Assembly: GCA_963681965.1 (NCBI GenBank)
Contig: OY820579.1
Location: 96,001-160,000, forward strand
Direction of reading: 5' to 3'
Origin: a bacterium
GTDB taxonomy: Bacteria; Electryoneota; JAOADG01
Length of the DNA stretch: 64,000 nucleotides
The notes beneath the pieces were generated by a model. The model had not been told where the DNA came from, did not search any database, and worked only from the letters and a program-made list of their open reading frames with translations. Below are positions 47,956 to 58,920 of the stretch, in pieces. Position 1 is the first letter of the stretch, and each line of letters starts with the position of its first letter. Position numbers and translations under genes: made by a program.

Positions 47956-50900
47956 ATGCGAATCGTACGAGTCATCACACTGATTCTCTTTCTGTTTACC
48001 TCTATTGCAGCAGTCGCTCGACCTTGGACACCAGAGGATGATGTCATCCTTGGCATTCCCTCGCCGAATTCGGTTCAGATTCAACTTGTAAGTTCCGATC
48101 ACGGTCATCTGCGTATACTGTTTACCAATCCCGACGTAAAAAAAGAGCAAGTCACTGCGAACAAGCAGGACTGGACCTTATTTACTATGGATGGCGAAAC
48201 GCGCACTTGGGAACAAGGCAAACCGGCAGTGCCAGTTATCTCACGCCCGATTTTGCTTCCGAACAAAGGGAACGTGAAATTACGAGTCGTGTCATCCAAT
48301 TACACCGAATACACGAACATCGATGTCCTACCGCAACAGCATACACCCGAAGAATCGACTGAAGGGTATGTTGAATATCCATTTGCAATGGATAACGATT
48401 TCTACCAGCAAGATCGCTGGTATCCCGAACAAGTCGCCGAATTAGGCGAACCGGCAATCTGCCGTGATGCCCGGACAGCGCTGCTTGCGATCCAGCCGGT
48501 TCAAGTGAATCCCCGCACCCGCACGGTCCGAGTCTATACTTCGATCGAAGTTGAAACTGTTCCGATTGGTGGAACGGGTATCAATGAAATTCTGGATCCG
48601 ATTCAACGTCCCGCACCAGGATTTGCACAATTTTATCGCGATATCATCGGTGCCGACGAACTTGCCGAATTGAATGCAACGGCAATGCCGGGTGCAATGA
48701 TGTTGATCTGCCGACCCGATTCCGGTGTCGTTCAAACACTACGACCTTATGTAGAGTGGCGGAATCGATCGGGTCGAACGACTCAAGTAGTGATGACGAC
48801 CGCAACAACCCCTTCAGCATTACGCGATATCATCCTTAATGCCTACAATACTTGGCCGTCATCGTTAGAATACGTGCAGTTAGTTGGGGATGGTGGTGAA
48901 TCCGGTTCCTATATGCTTCCGAGCTACAGCACTATCGGCTACACGGATCACGATATGGTCCGGCTAGTAGGCAATGACCCCATCGCCGATGTTTTCATCA
49001 GTCGCTGGACTTGCGACAATGCGCAAGATTTAGCTACACAAGTGTATCGCACCTACAATTACGAACGCACTCCGAATATGGGTTCAACTGGTGCAGATAC
49101 GTCCTGGTTTCGACGCGGCTGGGGTTATGCTGGAACGGGTTATAACATGACCTCCAACCCAACCGGTGTTCGATTTTGTTTGGAAATGATGAAAGTACGC
49201 GGTGTACCTCAATCGGGATTGTATTACGCAGAGCATTCCGGTGGAGTCGATGACGCTTTAATTCGCGCAAGAGTCAATCCAGGATTGTTATTCTGGGCGC
49301 ATCGCGCCTCTTACATCGGACAAATCTCTCCCACGAATGTTAGTTCTTTAACCAACACCAATAAGTGTTTTCTCAGTGCGAATATTACTTGCGGAACCGG
49401 TGAATGGTACGGCGCTAGTTCCGGAATTTCCGAAACTCTGATCCGCAACGGGACACCTGCAGCTCCTGCCGGTGCGTTGACTGCGATCTCGACGCAAACC
49501 GGTGGAACGCATCCCGCGCATAACATCTGTACGCTGACCGGTTGTTATTATGGTCTTGGTGTCAAGAATGCACAATATGCTGCAGGTTTGTATTACGAAG
49601 CGAAATTCCAACTCTGGCGTAATTTCTGGGGTTTTGGCGGCGATACGACCCAAGCCAGCAATTTTATTCATTGGAATAATGTAATGGGTGACGTTTCTGT
49701 TCGAATTTGGACTGGAGTACCGCGACGTATTTCTGCCAATATTCCGCAATCGCTTACCCGCGGTCAAAACATTCTTCCCGTAACAATCTATCAGCAGAAT
49801 ACGACTGTACCGATTGAAGGGGCATTGGTTACTGCATACAAAACGAACAGTACCGGATCCATTGAAACATTTGCGCGAATGCGATCGAATGCTTCCGGAC
49901 AGGTTTCGTTGTCACTTTCCAATTTGACCACCGGAAATTTGTACGTAACTGTCGTCGGCGACAAAGTTGGAATGAATTTAGTACCGATTATTGATACTGT
50001 TAGTATCGTTACTTCCGCATCAGATCTAACCTTTTCTGGATACGCCATCGTCGACAATAGCCAAGATGGTCGAGTTGGAAACAGCGATAACAATGCCAAC
50101 CCCGGCGAAACGGTCGATTTGAATATTCGCCTTCAGAATAGTGGAATATCTGCTGCCGTTACCAATATTTCAGCGACATTGGAATCTGGCAATCCGTTCG
50201 CGATCGCTGCACCGACCAGTGTGACCTATCGCAATTTGCCGGCTGGGGATAGTGCATACGGAAATTCGATGTTTCGAATTCGATTGTTGAATGGGTTACT
50301 CGACAACGATATAATTCCACTAACGTTGAATGTTGCCTATGGGGATACCAATCACCGGGCGATTTCGATTATTCTACCAATCAAATCGATGCGACTACAA
50401 TATCTCTCCTCTACTTTATCGCCTACCATAATCAGTGCGGGCGACACTGCATCGATCTGGTTGACGTTCCGAAATATCGGGAATCTCGCAACCAACACCA
50501 CGAATTCTGTGATGTTTGCCTACTCACCTTTGATTTCGATTCTTCAATCCGATGTGGTTTATCCGGCGTTGCCGATCGGCAATAATGTAACGACTCCTCT
50601 AATCCACCCATATAAAATCATCTGCGATGAAGCGCTCTCCGCAGGCTCAGTCGTCACCTTAGGCGTGGTATTCAATGCCGGTGCCGCGAACGACACGTTA
50701 AAATTTGCGATTCGAGTCGGTAGTCGAACGAGTCACGATCCTTGTGGACCCGATGCTTACGGATATATGGCATTCGACGAAAGCGATGTGAACTATCCCG
50801 AACATCCGACTTTCAGTTGGCAGAATATCGAAACTTCCGCGAGAAGGTTGAGTCTGAGCGATCCATCCGAAGGATCGGATCAAACGATGCTGTACCGGTT

Positions 50901-53118
50901 ACCGTTCCGAGCCAAGTATTACGGGCAATTTTACGATACGATCATGATCAATACCAATGCCTGGATGGCATTTGGGGTCTCTCGGGTCTGTGATTCGCTT
51001 ACCAATGGATCATCGATGCAATACGAGAGTAGTTTGTATACGAATTTCCGCAATTGGCGACTACCGGCTCAAGAAGGACCGCGCAACTTAGTCGCAGTCG
51101 GATGGCAAGACTTAGTGATCAGTTCTAGTCCCGATGGTGTATATGCTTACAACGATGTCACTAACGGGTGGTTCGTGATTACTTGGAAGGGATCGAATCT
51201 GAGCCAACCGGGAACGAATAGTGTCCAGCTACTAATAATGGATCCAACCCGATATCCAACTCCTACCGGCGATTGCAAATTATTGATGCAGATCAAGGAT
51301 TTCAGTGGCAATGTTTCGAGCTATCCACCGGATGTGAATTATGCGACCGTTGGTATCGAAGATTCAACCCGAACCCGCGCACTCGAATATGTCTACTGGG
51401 ATAGTCCCAATTCAGGGGCAATTGCGATGCCAAATTCGGCAACAACGAATTTGAATCGCGCGATTTTATTCACTACGCTTGCCTCTGCTGCCAGTGGTAC
51501 TCTTGAAGGCACAGTCACTTATAGTTCGAATAGTCAACCGGTTGCCAACAGCAGTATTTTAGTACTGAATGGTGGGTATTCCGCGATCACCGATTCGAAC
51601 GGTCACTATCAGATCAACAACATTCAGATTGGTACCTGTGCGGTTAGGGTGAGCAAATTTGGTCACAACACCGCTACCTCTCAGGTTACGATCACCCTCA
51701 ATACGGTATCGACATTAAATTTCCAATTAACGAAACCGGAACTGCAGATATCCTTAATGCCACAGGATACAGCACTCCGACCGAATGATTCGCTTTGGGC
51801 AGTGCTAACGCCGCAAAATCAAGATACGACGATGCATGTTTACGTCCGCAATACGGGTAATGGTCCGTTATCGTGCGATATCGAGTTAATTTCCCCTCAA
51901 ACTGTTTCGCTATGGGAGCGTCAATTTAGTTTCGATGCGTCGCAAGTCGTTGGAGGCGATCAACAACTTTCCGGTGTTGAATTCGATGGGAATAACTTCT
52001 GGATTTCAGGCGCGACCAATGGTTACGCTCGCCCCCATAAACTTTACAAGGTCGATCATACCGGGACTCAATTACTGGCAACTTACGATTGTCCGGATCC
52101 AACTAGTCTATTCGGTTGGCGTGATTTAGCTTGGGATGGTCATTATTTATATGGATCTTATACCAATCACATCGACAAGATCGATACTGCGAATGGTCAA
52201 GTCGTCGCCCAGTATCCAATCACTTCAATTTCATTAGCTCGCGGTATAGCAATCGATACTGCGGCAGGAATTATGTATTATGCCGAGCAAAACAGCGCGA
52301 TATACAAAATGCGCTTGTCCGATGGAACGATTACCGGATCGGTAACCTCACCACAAGGGTTATTCGGTTTAGGATGGTTCCCCAGCGATCCCGATGGAAA
52401 ACCGCTATATGCATTTTGCCGGGATTCGTCCTCGCGATCGCGTAATAACCGAATTTTCAAAATCAATCCTACCACCGGCGAAACGATGACAGCCGTCCGT
52501 ATTGGTTCAACACTTGAAAATGCAATGGGTTTAGCCATTACCCCGCGCTGGAATCCCATGACTTGGTCAGTAATCGGATTGCTCGACACACCATCGGGTA
52601 ACGATCATATCACGATCAATCAGTTGTCAGTCAATTTGACCTGGGTTAATTATTCACCGTCAACTCTGACATTACCCCCCAATAGTGCCGATAGTATTCG
52701 GGTTTCTCTAACTAGTCGATCACTACCGCTTTATCGGTACGCCGTGGCACTCCGGTTCACAACCAATGCGGTCACTCAGGTCGTTACGATTCCGGTAGTT
52801 ATGCTGATGGAAGACTCTCTCCAAGTGCAGTCGAATGAACGGATTATTCCCAAGAATTACAGTTTGGAACAGAATTATCCGAATCCATTCAATCCGATCA
52901 CCACGATTTCGTTTACTTTACCCCGAACGTCAAAAGTAAATCTGTCGATTTACAATGAATTAGGGCAGGAGATTGCGAGATTGTTAAGCGATCGATCACT
53001 GCATGCGGGAAAACACACCATTCAATTTGACGGCAGTCGGTTGGCGACTGGAATTTACTTCTACCAAATCGAAGCGGGATCCTTCATTTCCACACGAAAG
53101 ATGGCTTTGATTAAATAG
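47956..53118 (+). CDS. gingipain-like C25 peptidase family protein (propeptide, C25, Ig-like and propeller-like domains, T9SS-type CTD), paralog 1
   Basis: GGGAGG RBS before ATG 47956 and a signal peptide. GKPAVP...IQPVQVNP propeptide; YVQLVGD, DVFISRW, YNYERTP, ITCGTG and VMGD. C-terminus LEQNYPNPFNP...RKMALIK. Confidence 0.85.
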   Translation: MRIVRVITLILFLFTSIAAVARPWTPEDDVILGIPSPNSVQIQLVSSDHGHLRILFTNPDVKKEQVTANKQDWTLFTMDGETRTWEQGKPAVPVISRPILLPNKGNVKLRVVSSNYTEYTNIDVLPQQHTPEESTEGYVEYPFAMDNDFYQQDRWYPEQVAELGEPAICRDARTALLAIQPVQVNPRTRTVRVYTSIEVETVPIGGTGINEILDPIQRPAPGFAQFYRDIIGADELAELNATAMPGAMMLICRPDSGVVQTLRPYVEWRNRSGRTTQVVMTTATTPSALRDIILNAYNTWPSSLEYVQLVGDGGESGSYMLPSYSTIGYTDHDMVRLVGNDPIADVFISRWTCDNAQDLATQVYRTYNYERTPNMGSTGADTSWFRRGWGYAGTGYNMTSNPTGVRFCLEMMKVRGVPQSGLYYAEHSGGVDDALIRARVNPGLLFWAHRASYIGQISPTNVSSLTNTNKCFLSANITCGTGEWYGASSGISETLIRNGTPAAPAGALTAISTQTGGTHPAHNICTLTGCYYGLGVKNAQYAAGLYYEAKFQLWRNFWGFGGDTTQASNFIHWNNVMGDVSVRIWTGVPRRISANIPQSLTRGQNILPVTIYQQNTTVPIEGALVTAYKTNSTGSIETFARMRSNASGQVSLSLSNLTTGNLYVTVVGDKVGMNLVPIIDTVSIVTSASDLTFSGYAIVDNSQDGRVGNSDNNANPGETVDLNIRLQNSGISAAVTNISATLESGNPFAIAAPTSVTYRNLPAGDSAYGNSMFRIRLLNGLLDNDIIPLTLNVAYGDTNHRAISIILPIKSMRLQYLSSTLSPTIISAGDTASIWLTFRNIGNLATNTTNSVMFAYSPLISILQSDVVYPALPIGNNVTTPLIHPYKIICDEALSAGSVVTLGVVFNAGAANDTLKFAIRVGSRTSHDPCGPDAYGYMAFDESDVNYPEHPTFSWQNIETSARRLSLSDPSEGSDQTMLYRLPFRAKYYGQFYDTIMINTNAWMAFGVSRVCDSLTNGSSMQYESSLYTNFRNWRLPAQEGPRNLVAVGWQDLVISSSPDGVYAYNDVTNGWFVITWKGSNLSQPGTNSVQLLIMDPTRYPTPTGDCKLLMQIKDFSGNVSSYPPDVNYATVGIEDSTRTRALEYVYWDSPNSGAIAMPNSATTNLNRAILFTTLASAASGTLEGTVTYSSNSQPVANSSILVLNGGYSAITDSNGHYQINNIQIGTCAVRVSKFGHNTATSQVTITLNTVSTLNFQLTKPELQISLMPQDTALRPNDSLWAVLTPQNQDTTMHVYVRNTGNGPLSCDIELISPQTVSLWERQFSFDASQVVGGDQQLSGVEFDGNNFWISGATNGYARPHKLYKVDHTGTQLLATYDCPDPTSLFGWRDLAWDGHYLYGSYTNHIDKIDTANGQVVAQYPITSISLARGIAIDTAAGIMYYAEQNSAIYKMRLSDGTITGSVTSPQGLFGLGWFPSDPDGKPLYAFCRDSSSRSRNNRIFKINPTTGETMTAVRIGSTLENAMGLAITPRWNPMTWSVIGLLDTPSGNDHITINQLSVNLTWVNYSPSTLTLPPNSADSIRVSLTSRSLPLYRYAVALRFTTNAVTQVVTIPVVMLMEDSLQVQSNERIIPKNYSLEQNYPNPFNPITTISFTLPRTSKVNLSIYNELGQEIARLLSDRSLHAGKHTIQFDGSRLATGIYFYQIEAGSFISTRKMALIK

Positions 53119-53160
53119 TTATTTATTATGAATGTATACACCAATTCAAGTAGAATCGTC

Positions 53161-53192
53161 AAACGGGGCAAGTCTTGCCCCGTTTTTCTTTT
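53161..53192 (+). terminator. intrinsic terminator
   Basis: AAACGGGGCAA-GTC-TTGCCCCGTTTTTCTTTT. Confidence 0.85.
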
Positions 53193-53638
53193 CGGCGTAT
53201 CGGTATAATAGTCTAATTAGGGTCCTAAGAGGTGTGATGTATGCAAACGAGTTTTCAATATCTTGGCTAAAGCCCAATGAAATCCATATTTTCCCAAAAC
53301 CGGTAGATATCAAACAATAGAGTCATACATAGAAATTGAATTTCAATCTTACTATTTCACGAGGAGCGACCAAAAAACGGTTTTTTTTTGCGAAAGGATG
53401 TATTATTGTTGTTTGAGTTCTTATCTTGTGCCTGTTTGAATAATAGTTCAATTTTCGACAGTGACTTGAGTGATTGCGTAACGAACAGGATTATCAGCTA
53501 CAATATTCGAATTCGGTTTTATTTAATTAAAATCGATTACAACTTTTTTCCAGTTCCGTTATTATACGAGACCTCAAGTACGATTACATGATCGGGAAGT
53601 TGTAACTAGCTATCTCGCTTTGCATCTGGAGGTAAAAA

Positions 53639-56600
53639 ATGAATATTCGTTTTTGTTTGTTGTTCGCTATCGTCCTGCTTTTCGCCTCGATCGCGATTTC
53701 CCGCGATTGGACTCCTGCCGACGACGATATTCTCGGTGTACCGAATCCCAATACGGTTCAAATCCAAGTTGAGAAACTCGGTAGTGGTCACCTTCGATTG
53801 ACCTTCTCCAATCCCGAAGTAAAATTCGAACAGGTCACTGCCGACAAGCGTGACTGGACTTGGATCAATCTCGAAGGCGAAACCCGCAATTGGACGATTG
53901 GTAAGCCATCGGTTCCATCGATCGCGCGACCGGTTTTATTCCCCAATACCGGTAATGTGGATGTTCGGGTAGTATCGTCGCAGTATGTCGAATTCAAAGA
54001 CATGACCGTACTGCCACAACAACCCTATCCGAAAGAGACGAAAGACGGCTACGAGAATTTCCCGTTTACGATCGACAACGATTGCTATACTGCTGATAAA
54101 TGGTTTCCCGAAGAGCTATACCAGATCAGCCAACCGCAAATCCTTCGCGATGCGCGTATGGGTTTGCTGAGCGTTCAACCGGTTTCGGTGAATCCAGCGA
54201 CTCACACTGTTCGGGTTTATACCTCGATCGTGCTCGAAGTCGTTCCCACTGGCGGAATTGGCGAAAACGAATTGCTCACGAATACACCTCATCCATCGCC
54301 GGCATTTGCACAATTCTACCGCGACATCCTTGGCGCCGACGAATTGACTGAAGCAAACGCGACAGCACTTCCGGGACAGATGATCATTTACTGTCGAGCC
54401 GGTGCGGTAGCGACGATTCAACCCTACGTTAACTGGCGCTATCGTAGCGGTCGACCAACGCGGATCGACACGACAACTGCGACAAGTGAAGCGACGGTAT
54501 TTACGCGAATTCAAACCGCGTACAATTCCACAGCAGGCGTTGAAATGATTATTGTCGTAGGTGACGGTGGTACTTCTGCCGACGACTATACTTTCCCATC
54601 GTATTCGGTAAGCGGCGCTTATACCGATCATTCCTACGTCTGCTTGGCAGGTAACGATATCGTTGCCGATGCATTTATCAGTCGATGGAGTGCGACCACA
54701 GTCCAAGAGTTGGCAACGATGGTCAACCGCACGCTCAATTATGAGCGAACCCCGAACATGACCGACACGACTTGGTTCCGTCGCGGTTGGGGCTATGCCG
54801 GAGTTGCTCATAATATCATTTCGAATCGCACATGCGTCTGGTTCTGCATGTCGATGATGTCTGCACGCGGTGTTCCTGCGGGAAACATCAACTACGATGA
54901 GCACACCGGTTCTACCGGCAGCGCTCAATTCAATCTCCGCGGTAATCCGGGTATGTTATTCCAAGCACACCGCGCAGCTTATGTCGGAGAAATGTATCCA
55001 ACCGATGTTGCCGGCGTTACTACAAATGTGAATAAATGTTTCGTGACACTGAATATTACCTGTAGCAGCGGCAACTGGTATGGCGCCAGCTCGACCGGTA
55101 TTCACGAACAATGGATTCGCAATGGTACTCCGACCGCACCAGCAGGGGCATTAGCCGCGATGTCGACTTACACATCGTCGACTCACCCCTCGGCAAACAA
55201 TTGTATCGCGGCTGGTACGTATTATGGTCTTGGCGTGAAAAATGCGCGTCAACCCGCTGGCATGTTCTTCGAAGGGAAGTATCACCTGTGGCGAGACTTG
55301 TGGATTGGTCGTCAAGTCGATGCGACCAACTTCACCAATTGGAACAGTGTAATGGGTGATATCTCGGTCAATTTGTGGACTGGTGTTCCCCGGGCATTGA
55401 CGGCAAATATTCCGCAGCAAATTTCGCTTGGTCAAAACAATTTGACGTTGCGAGTCACCCGTCAAGCTGGTGGTGCACCGGTTTCAAATGCTTTGGTCAC
55501 AGTCTTGAAACAAAACACTTCGGGTCTGAACGAAACCTTCAATCGCGGCGTTACCGATGCCACCGGCACAGTAATTCTCCCGCTGACGAATAGTACAATC
55601 GGTAATTTGTACGTTACAGTTATTGGCAATAAAGTTGGCGACAACTTTATTCCGATTATCGATACCGTCGCCGTTGTGACTACCCCATCCGATGTAGTCA
55701 TTGCCCGATATTCAGTAACCGATGACACCAGCAATGGGCGAATTGGCAACAGCAACAGTCACGCCAATCCCGGTGAAACTGTCGACTTAAATATTCGGTT
55801 GACGAATCGCGGAACCACCGGAACAGTTTCGGGTATCAGTGCGACGATGACCTCGACCGACGACCGCGTCATCGTCAACAGCACACAAACCTATACCGAT
55901 TTGGCACCCTCCGACAGCGCGTACGGTGCTGGACAATTTCGTGTTCAGTTACTCGCCGGCTTGCGCAATGGCGATCAGATTCCGTTACGATTGCGAGTCA
56001 CTGCCACCGACACAAATCAGAATCGGGATCTCATTCTGATGCTGCCGATCGAGTCGATCCAAATGACTTTTATTTCGCGTACTTTGTCGCCCACTACGTT
56101 CAATCCCGGAACGACTTCCAATCTATCGATCACGGTTCGTAACAACGGATTGCTGGCTCCGCAAAATACCGATGTACGCATTTTCTCGCTATCTCCGTTC
56201 GTGACTATTGGAACTCCGAATGTGAGTTTCCCGACACTACCGATCGGTCAGAATGTTTCCAATCCAGCGAATCAAAATTTCCGGATTACCTCAAATACCC
56301 GTACGATTCCCGGTACCGATATTACACTTGGTGCGGCTTTCACCAACGGTGCTGTCCACGATACGCTGTATTTTACGGTTACTTCCGGCACACGTGCGAG
56401 TTCGGATCCCACCGGTCCGGATACATACGGCTATCTCGCATACGACGATACCGACACACGATATGAAATGGTCCCCACCTACAGTTGGATCAACAATGTT
56501 ACTCCGGCAAATCGGCTGAACATGACCGATGCCTCCGATGGAACCGATGCTTCGGTGTTAATTCGGTTACCTTTCCGCGCACGGTATTACGGTGCCGATT

Positions 56601-58789
56601 TCGATACAATCACGGTTTGTACGAATGGTTGGTTTTCTTATGGACCCGCGCGGGTTGTCGATGCACAGGGACAAGTTCATCTGATGTTCCATGCCCGGCA
56701 CTGGCCGCTACCAACTACCGATGGACCGAAGAATTTGGTCGCTGTCGATTGGCAAGATCTCTATATTCCTGCCGGACCAACTGGTGGTGTTTATACCAGT
56801 TACGATGCTCTCAATGGCTGGTATGTGATCACTTGGATTGGTACAGCCATGGTTGAAATGGGATCGGGTGCCAACGAATTTCAGGCGATTATCTACGATC
56901 CCGCTCGCTGGCCAGTTCCATCGGGTGACTGCGTGATGAAATTCCAATACAAGACACGCAACGGCGGCAATGGCGATGCCTATCCGTATGAGGTTGGTTA
57001 TACAACAATCGGTATCAGTGATTCGACCTATACGAAAGCATTACAATATTTCTACTGGCAGACATGGTCGGCGGGCGCTTCACCGCTTGCCACCGGATCG
57101 AATGTCAATCGCGCAGTCGTATTTACTACTTCACAGAATTTCATCAACGGTACTTTAGTTGGAACCGTCACGAAATCCTCCGACGGATCTCCGTTAGCCG
57201 GCGTTACCGTCTCGGCAGTGGAAAGCCGGAAGAGCGCCATCACCGATTCAGTAGGGCATTACCGGATTAGTGAAATTCAGATCGGCAGCTATCATTTCAT
57301 CGCTAGCAAGAACGGATATAATTCGGCGACCGATACAGTTACGATTCGCGAAGACCAAACTTCAACGGTTAATTTCTCATTGACCGCACCGAAGTTGCAG
57401 ATCGCGATCCATCCGGGCGATACGACGCTGGCTCCGCGCGACTCGTTGTATGCTCGTCTTACCACCCGTGGTCAAGACACGACGATGCATATTTACATGC
57501 GCAACACCGGAAACGGTCCGATGACTTGGAATGCGGCGATGTCATATTCGGGATCCACCGACGAAGTCGATACGCTTTGGAATACTCTACGAATGATTGA
57601 CGCCTCGACACTGGTGGGCGGCGATCCAATTCTCAGCGGCATCGAATTCGACGGGGAGCATTTCTGGATTACCGGTGCAACCACTGGTTATGCGCGACCC
57701 CACAAGTTGTACAAAGTCGATCGCAATTTCACTCAATTACTTGCCACATACGATTGTCCCGACCAGACCGGATTAATCGGATGGCGCGACTTGGCATTCG
57801 ACGGACGTTATTTGTATGCTTCCTACAGTAACTTTATCGACAAGATCGATACAGCAGATGGCAGCGTTGTTAGTCGAATTCCAATCACGACCATTTCAGT
57901 CGCCCGTGCGATGGCGGTCGATACTGTTGCCGGGGTTCTATATTATGCCGACCAAGCCAGTGCAATTTACAAACTGCGTCTTTCCGACAATACGGTAATC
58001 GGTTCTGTAACCTCTCCGCTTGGTTTGTTCGGTTTAGCCTGGTATCCGGCTGATCCAGACGGCATGCAATTGTATGCATTCAGTCGCGATCAATCGGGTC
58101 GAACTCGAGGCACGAGAATCATCAAGATCAATCCCACTACCGGCGCGTCATCATCGTTGATAACGCTGGGTTCGGCTACCGAAAATGCCAATGGTCTAAC
58201 GATCACTTGCCGGTGGAACCCAATGTTCTGGACAGTGGTTGCGATGCTTGAAAATCCCTCAGGCACCGATCATATCGGTTTATTCGAATTGACCGCCAAT
58301 CTAACTTGGATCAATTACGGACCGACCTCGGGAACTCTTGCAGCGGGACAAGCCGATACCGTCGACATCCATGTATCCAGTACTCATATGCCTGCGTTCC
58401 GATATTCGGTAGCGATGAATGTCACGACCAATACCGAGACGGCATTGATATCATTGCCTGTTGTTATGGATGTTGTTGTTCCCGATTCGACTAGCGTTCA
58501 ATTGAATTCACAATCGCTACCAATGCGCTATTCAATGGAACAAAATTATCCCAATCCATTCAATCCGATCACGTCGATCACCTTTGCGTTGCCACGAACC
58601 TCGAAAGTGAAAATGACGATATTGAATGAATTGGGTCAAGAAGTGACGCGATTGATCGCAAACGAAACTCTGCAAGCAGGTACTCATTCCGTGACCTTCA
58701 ACGGGAGTAAATTGGCGACTGGTATTTATTTCTACCGGATCGAAGCAGGTAGTTTCGTATCGACCAAGAAGATGGTTCTACTGAAGTAA
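53639..58789 (+). CDS. gingipain-like C25 peptidase family protein with T9SS-type CTD, paralog 2
   Basis: GGAGG RBS. Colinear with paralog 1 along its whole length (NPGETVDLNIRL, GPDTYGY, HKLYKVD, EQNYPNPFNPIT). Confidence 0.87.
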   Translation: MNIRFCLLFAIVLLFASIAISRDWTPADDDILGVPNPNTVQIQVEKLGSGHLRLTFSNPEVKFEQVTADKRDWTWINLEGETRNWTIGKPSVPSIARPVLFPNTGNVDVRVVSSQYVEFKDMTVLPQQPYPKETKDGYENFPFTIDNDCYTADKWFPEELYQISQPQILRDARMGLLSVQPVSVNPATHTVRVYTSIVLEVVPTGGIGENELLTNTPHPSPAFAQFYRDILGADELTEANATALPGQMIIYCRAGAVATIQPYVNWRYRSGRPTRIDTTTATSEATVFTRIQTAYNSTAGVEMIIVVGDGGTSADDYTFPSYSVSGAYTDHSYVCLAGNDIVADAFISRWSATTVQELATMVNRTLNYERTPNMTDTTWFRRGWGYAGVAHNIISNRTCVWFCMSMMSARGVPAGNINYDEHTGSTGSAQFNLRGNPGMLFQAHRAAYVGEMYPTDVAGVTTNVNKCFVTLNITCSSGNWYGASSTGIHEQWIRNGTPTAPAGALAAMSTYTSSTHPSANNCIAAGTYYGLGVKNARQPAGMFFEGKYHLWRDLWIGRQVDATNFTNWNSVMGDISVNLWTGVPRALTANIPQQISLGQNNLTLRVTRQAGGAPVSNALVTVLKQNTSGLNETFNRGVTDATGTVILPLTNSTIGNLYVTVIGNKVGDNFIPIIDTVAVVTTPSDVVIARYSVTDDTSNGRIGNSNSHANPGETVDLNIRLTNRGTTGTVSGISATMTSTDDRVIVNSTQTYTDLAPSDSAYGAGQFRVQLLAGLRNGDQIPLRLRVTATDTNQNRDLILMLPIESIQMTFISRTLSPTTFNPGTTSNLSITVRNNGLLAPQNTDVRIFSLSPFVTIGTPNVSFPTLPIGQNVSNPANQNFRITSNTRTIPGTDITLGAAFTNGAVHDTLYFTVTSGTRASSDPTGPDTYGYLAYDDTDTRYEMVPTYSWINNVTPANRLNMTDASDGTDASVLIRLPFRARYYGADFDTITVCTNGWFSYGPARVVDAQGQVHLMFHARHWPLPTTDGPKNLVAVDWQDLYIPAGPTGGVYTSYDALNGWYVITWIGTAMVEMGSGANEFQAIIYDPARWPVPSGDCVMKFQYKTRNGGNGDAYPYEVGYTTIGISDSTYTKALQYFYWQTWSAGASPLATGSNVNRAVVFTTSQNFINGTLVGTVTKSSDGSPLAGVTVSAVESRKSAITDSVGHYRISEIQIGSYHFIASKNGYNSATDTVTIREDQTSTVNFSLTAPKLQIAIHPGDTTLAPRDSLYARLTTRGQDTTMHIYMRNTGNGPMTWNAAMSYSGSTDEVDTLWNTLRMIDASTLVGGDPILSGIEFDGEHFWITGATTGYARPHKLYKVDRNFTQLLATYDCPDQTGLIGWRDLAFDGRYLYASYSNFIDKIDTADGSVVSRIPITTISVARAMAVDTVAGVLYYADQASAIYKLRLSDNTVIGSVTSPLGLFGLAWYPADPDGMQLYAFSRDQSGRTRGTRIIKINPTTGASSSLITLGSATENANGLTITCRWNPMFWTVVAMLENPSGTDHIGLFELTANLTWINYGPTSGTLAAGQADTVDIHVSSTHMPAFRYSVAMNVTTNTETALISLPVVMDVVVPDSTSVQLNSQSLPMRYSMEQNYPNPFNPITSITFALPRTSKVKMTILNELGQEVTRLIANETLQAGTHSVTFNGSKLATGIYFYRIEAGSFVSTKKMVLLK

Positions 58790-58804
58790 ATTGTTCATCA
58801 AGCG

Positions 58805-58839
58805 AAAAACGGGGCACGAATTGTGTCCCGTTTTTTTTT
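58805..58839 (+). terminator. intrinsic terminator
   Basis: AAAAACGGGGCAC-GAATT-GTGTCCCGTTTTTTTTT. Confidence 0.85.
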
Positions 58840-58920
58840 GCATTATTTCGCGACATATTTATATTTCCATTCCAATTGCCAGATCTTTATTGTATATTAT
58901 GAAAATAATTTTGGTACGAT

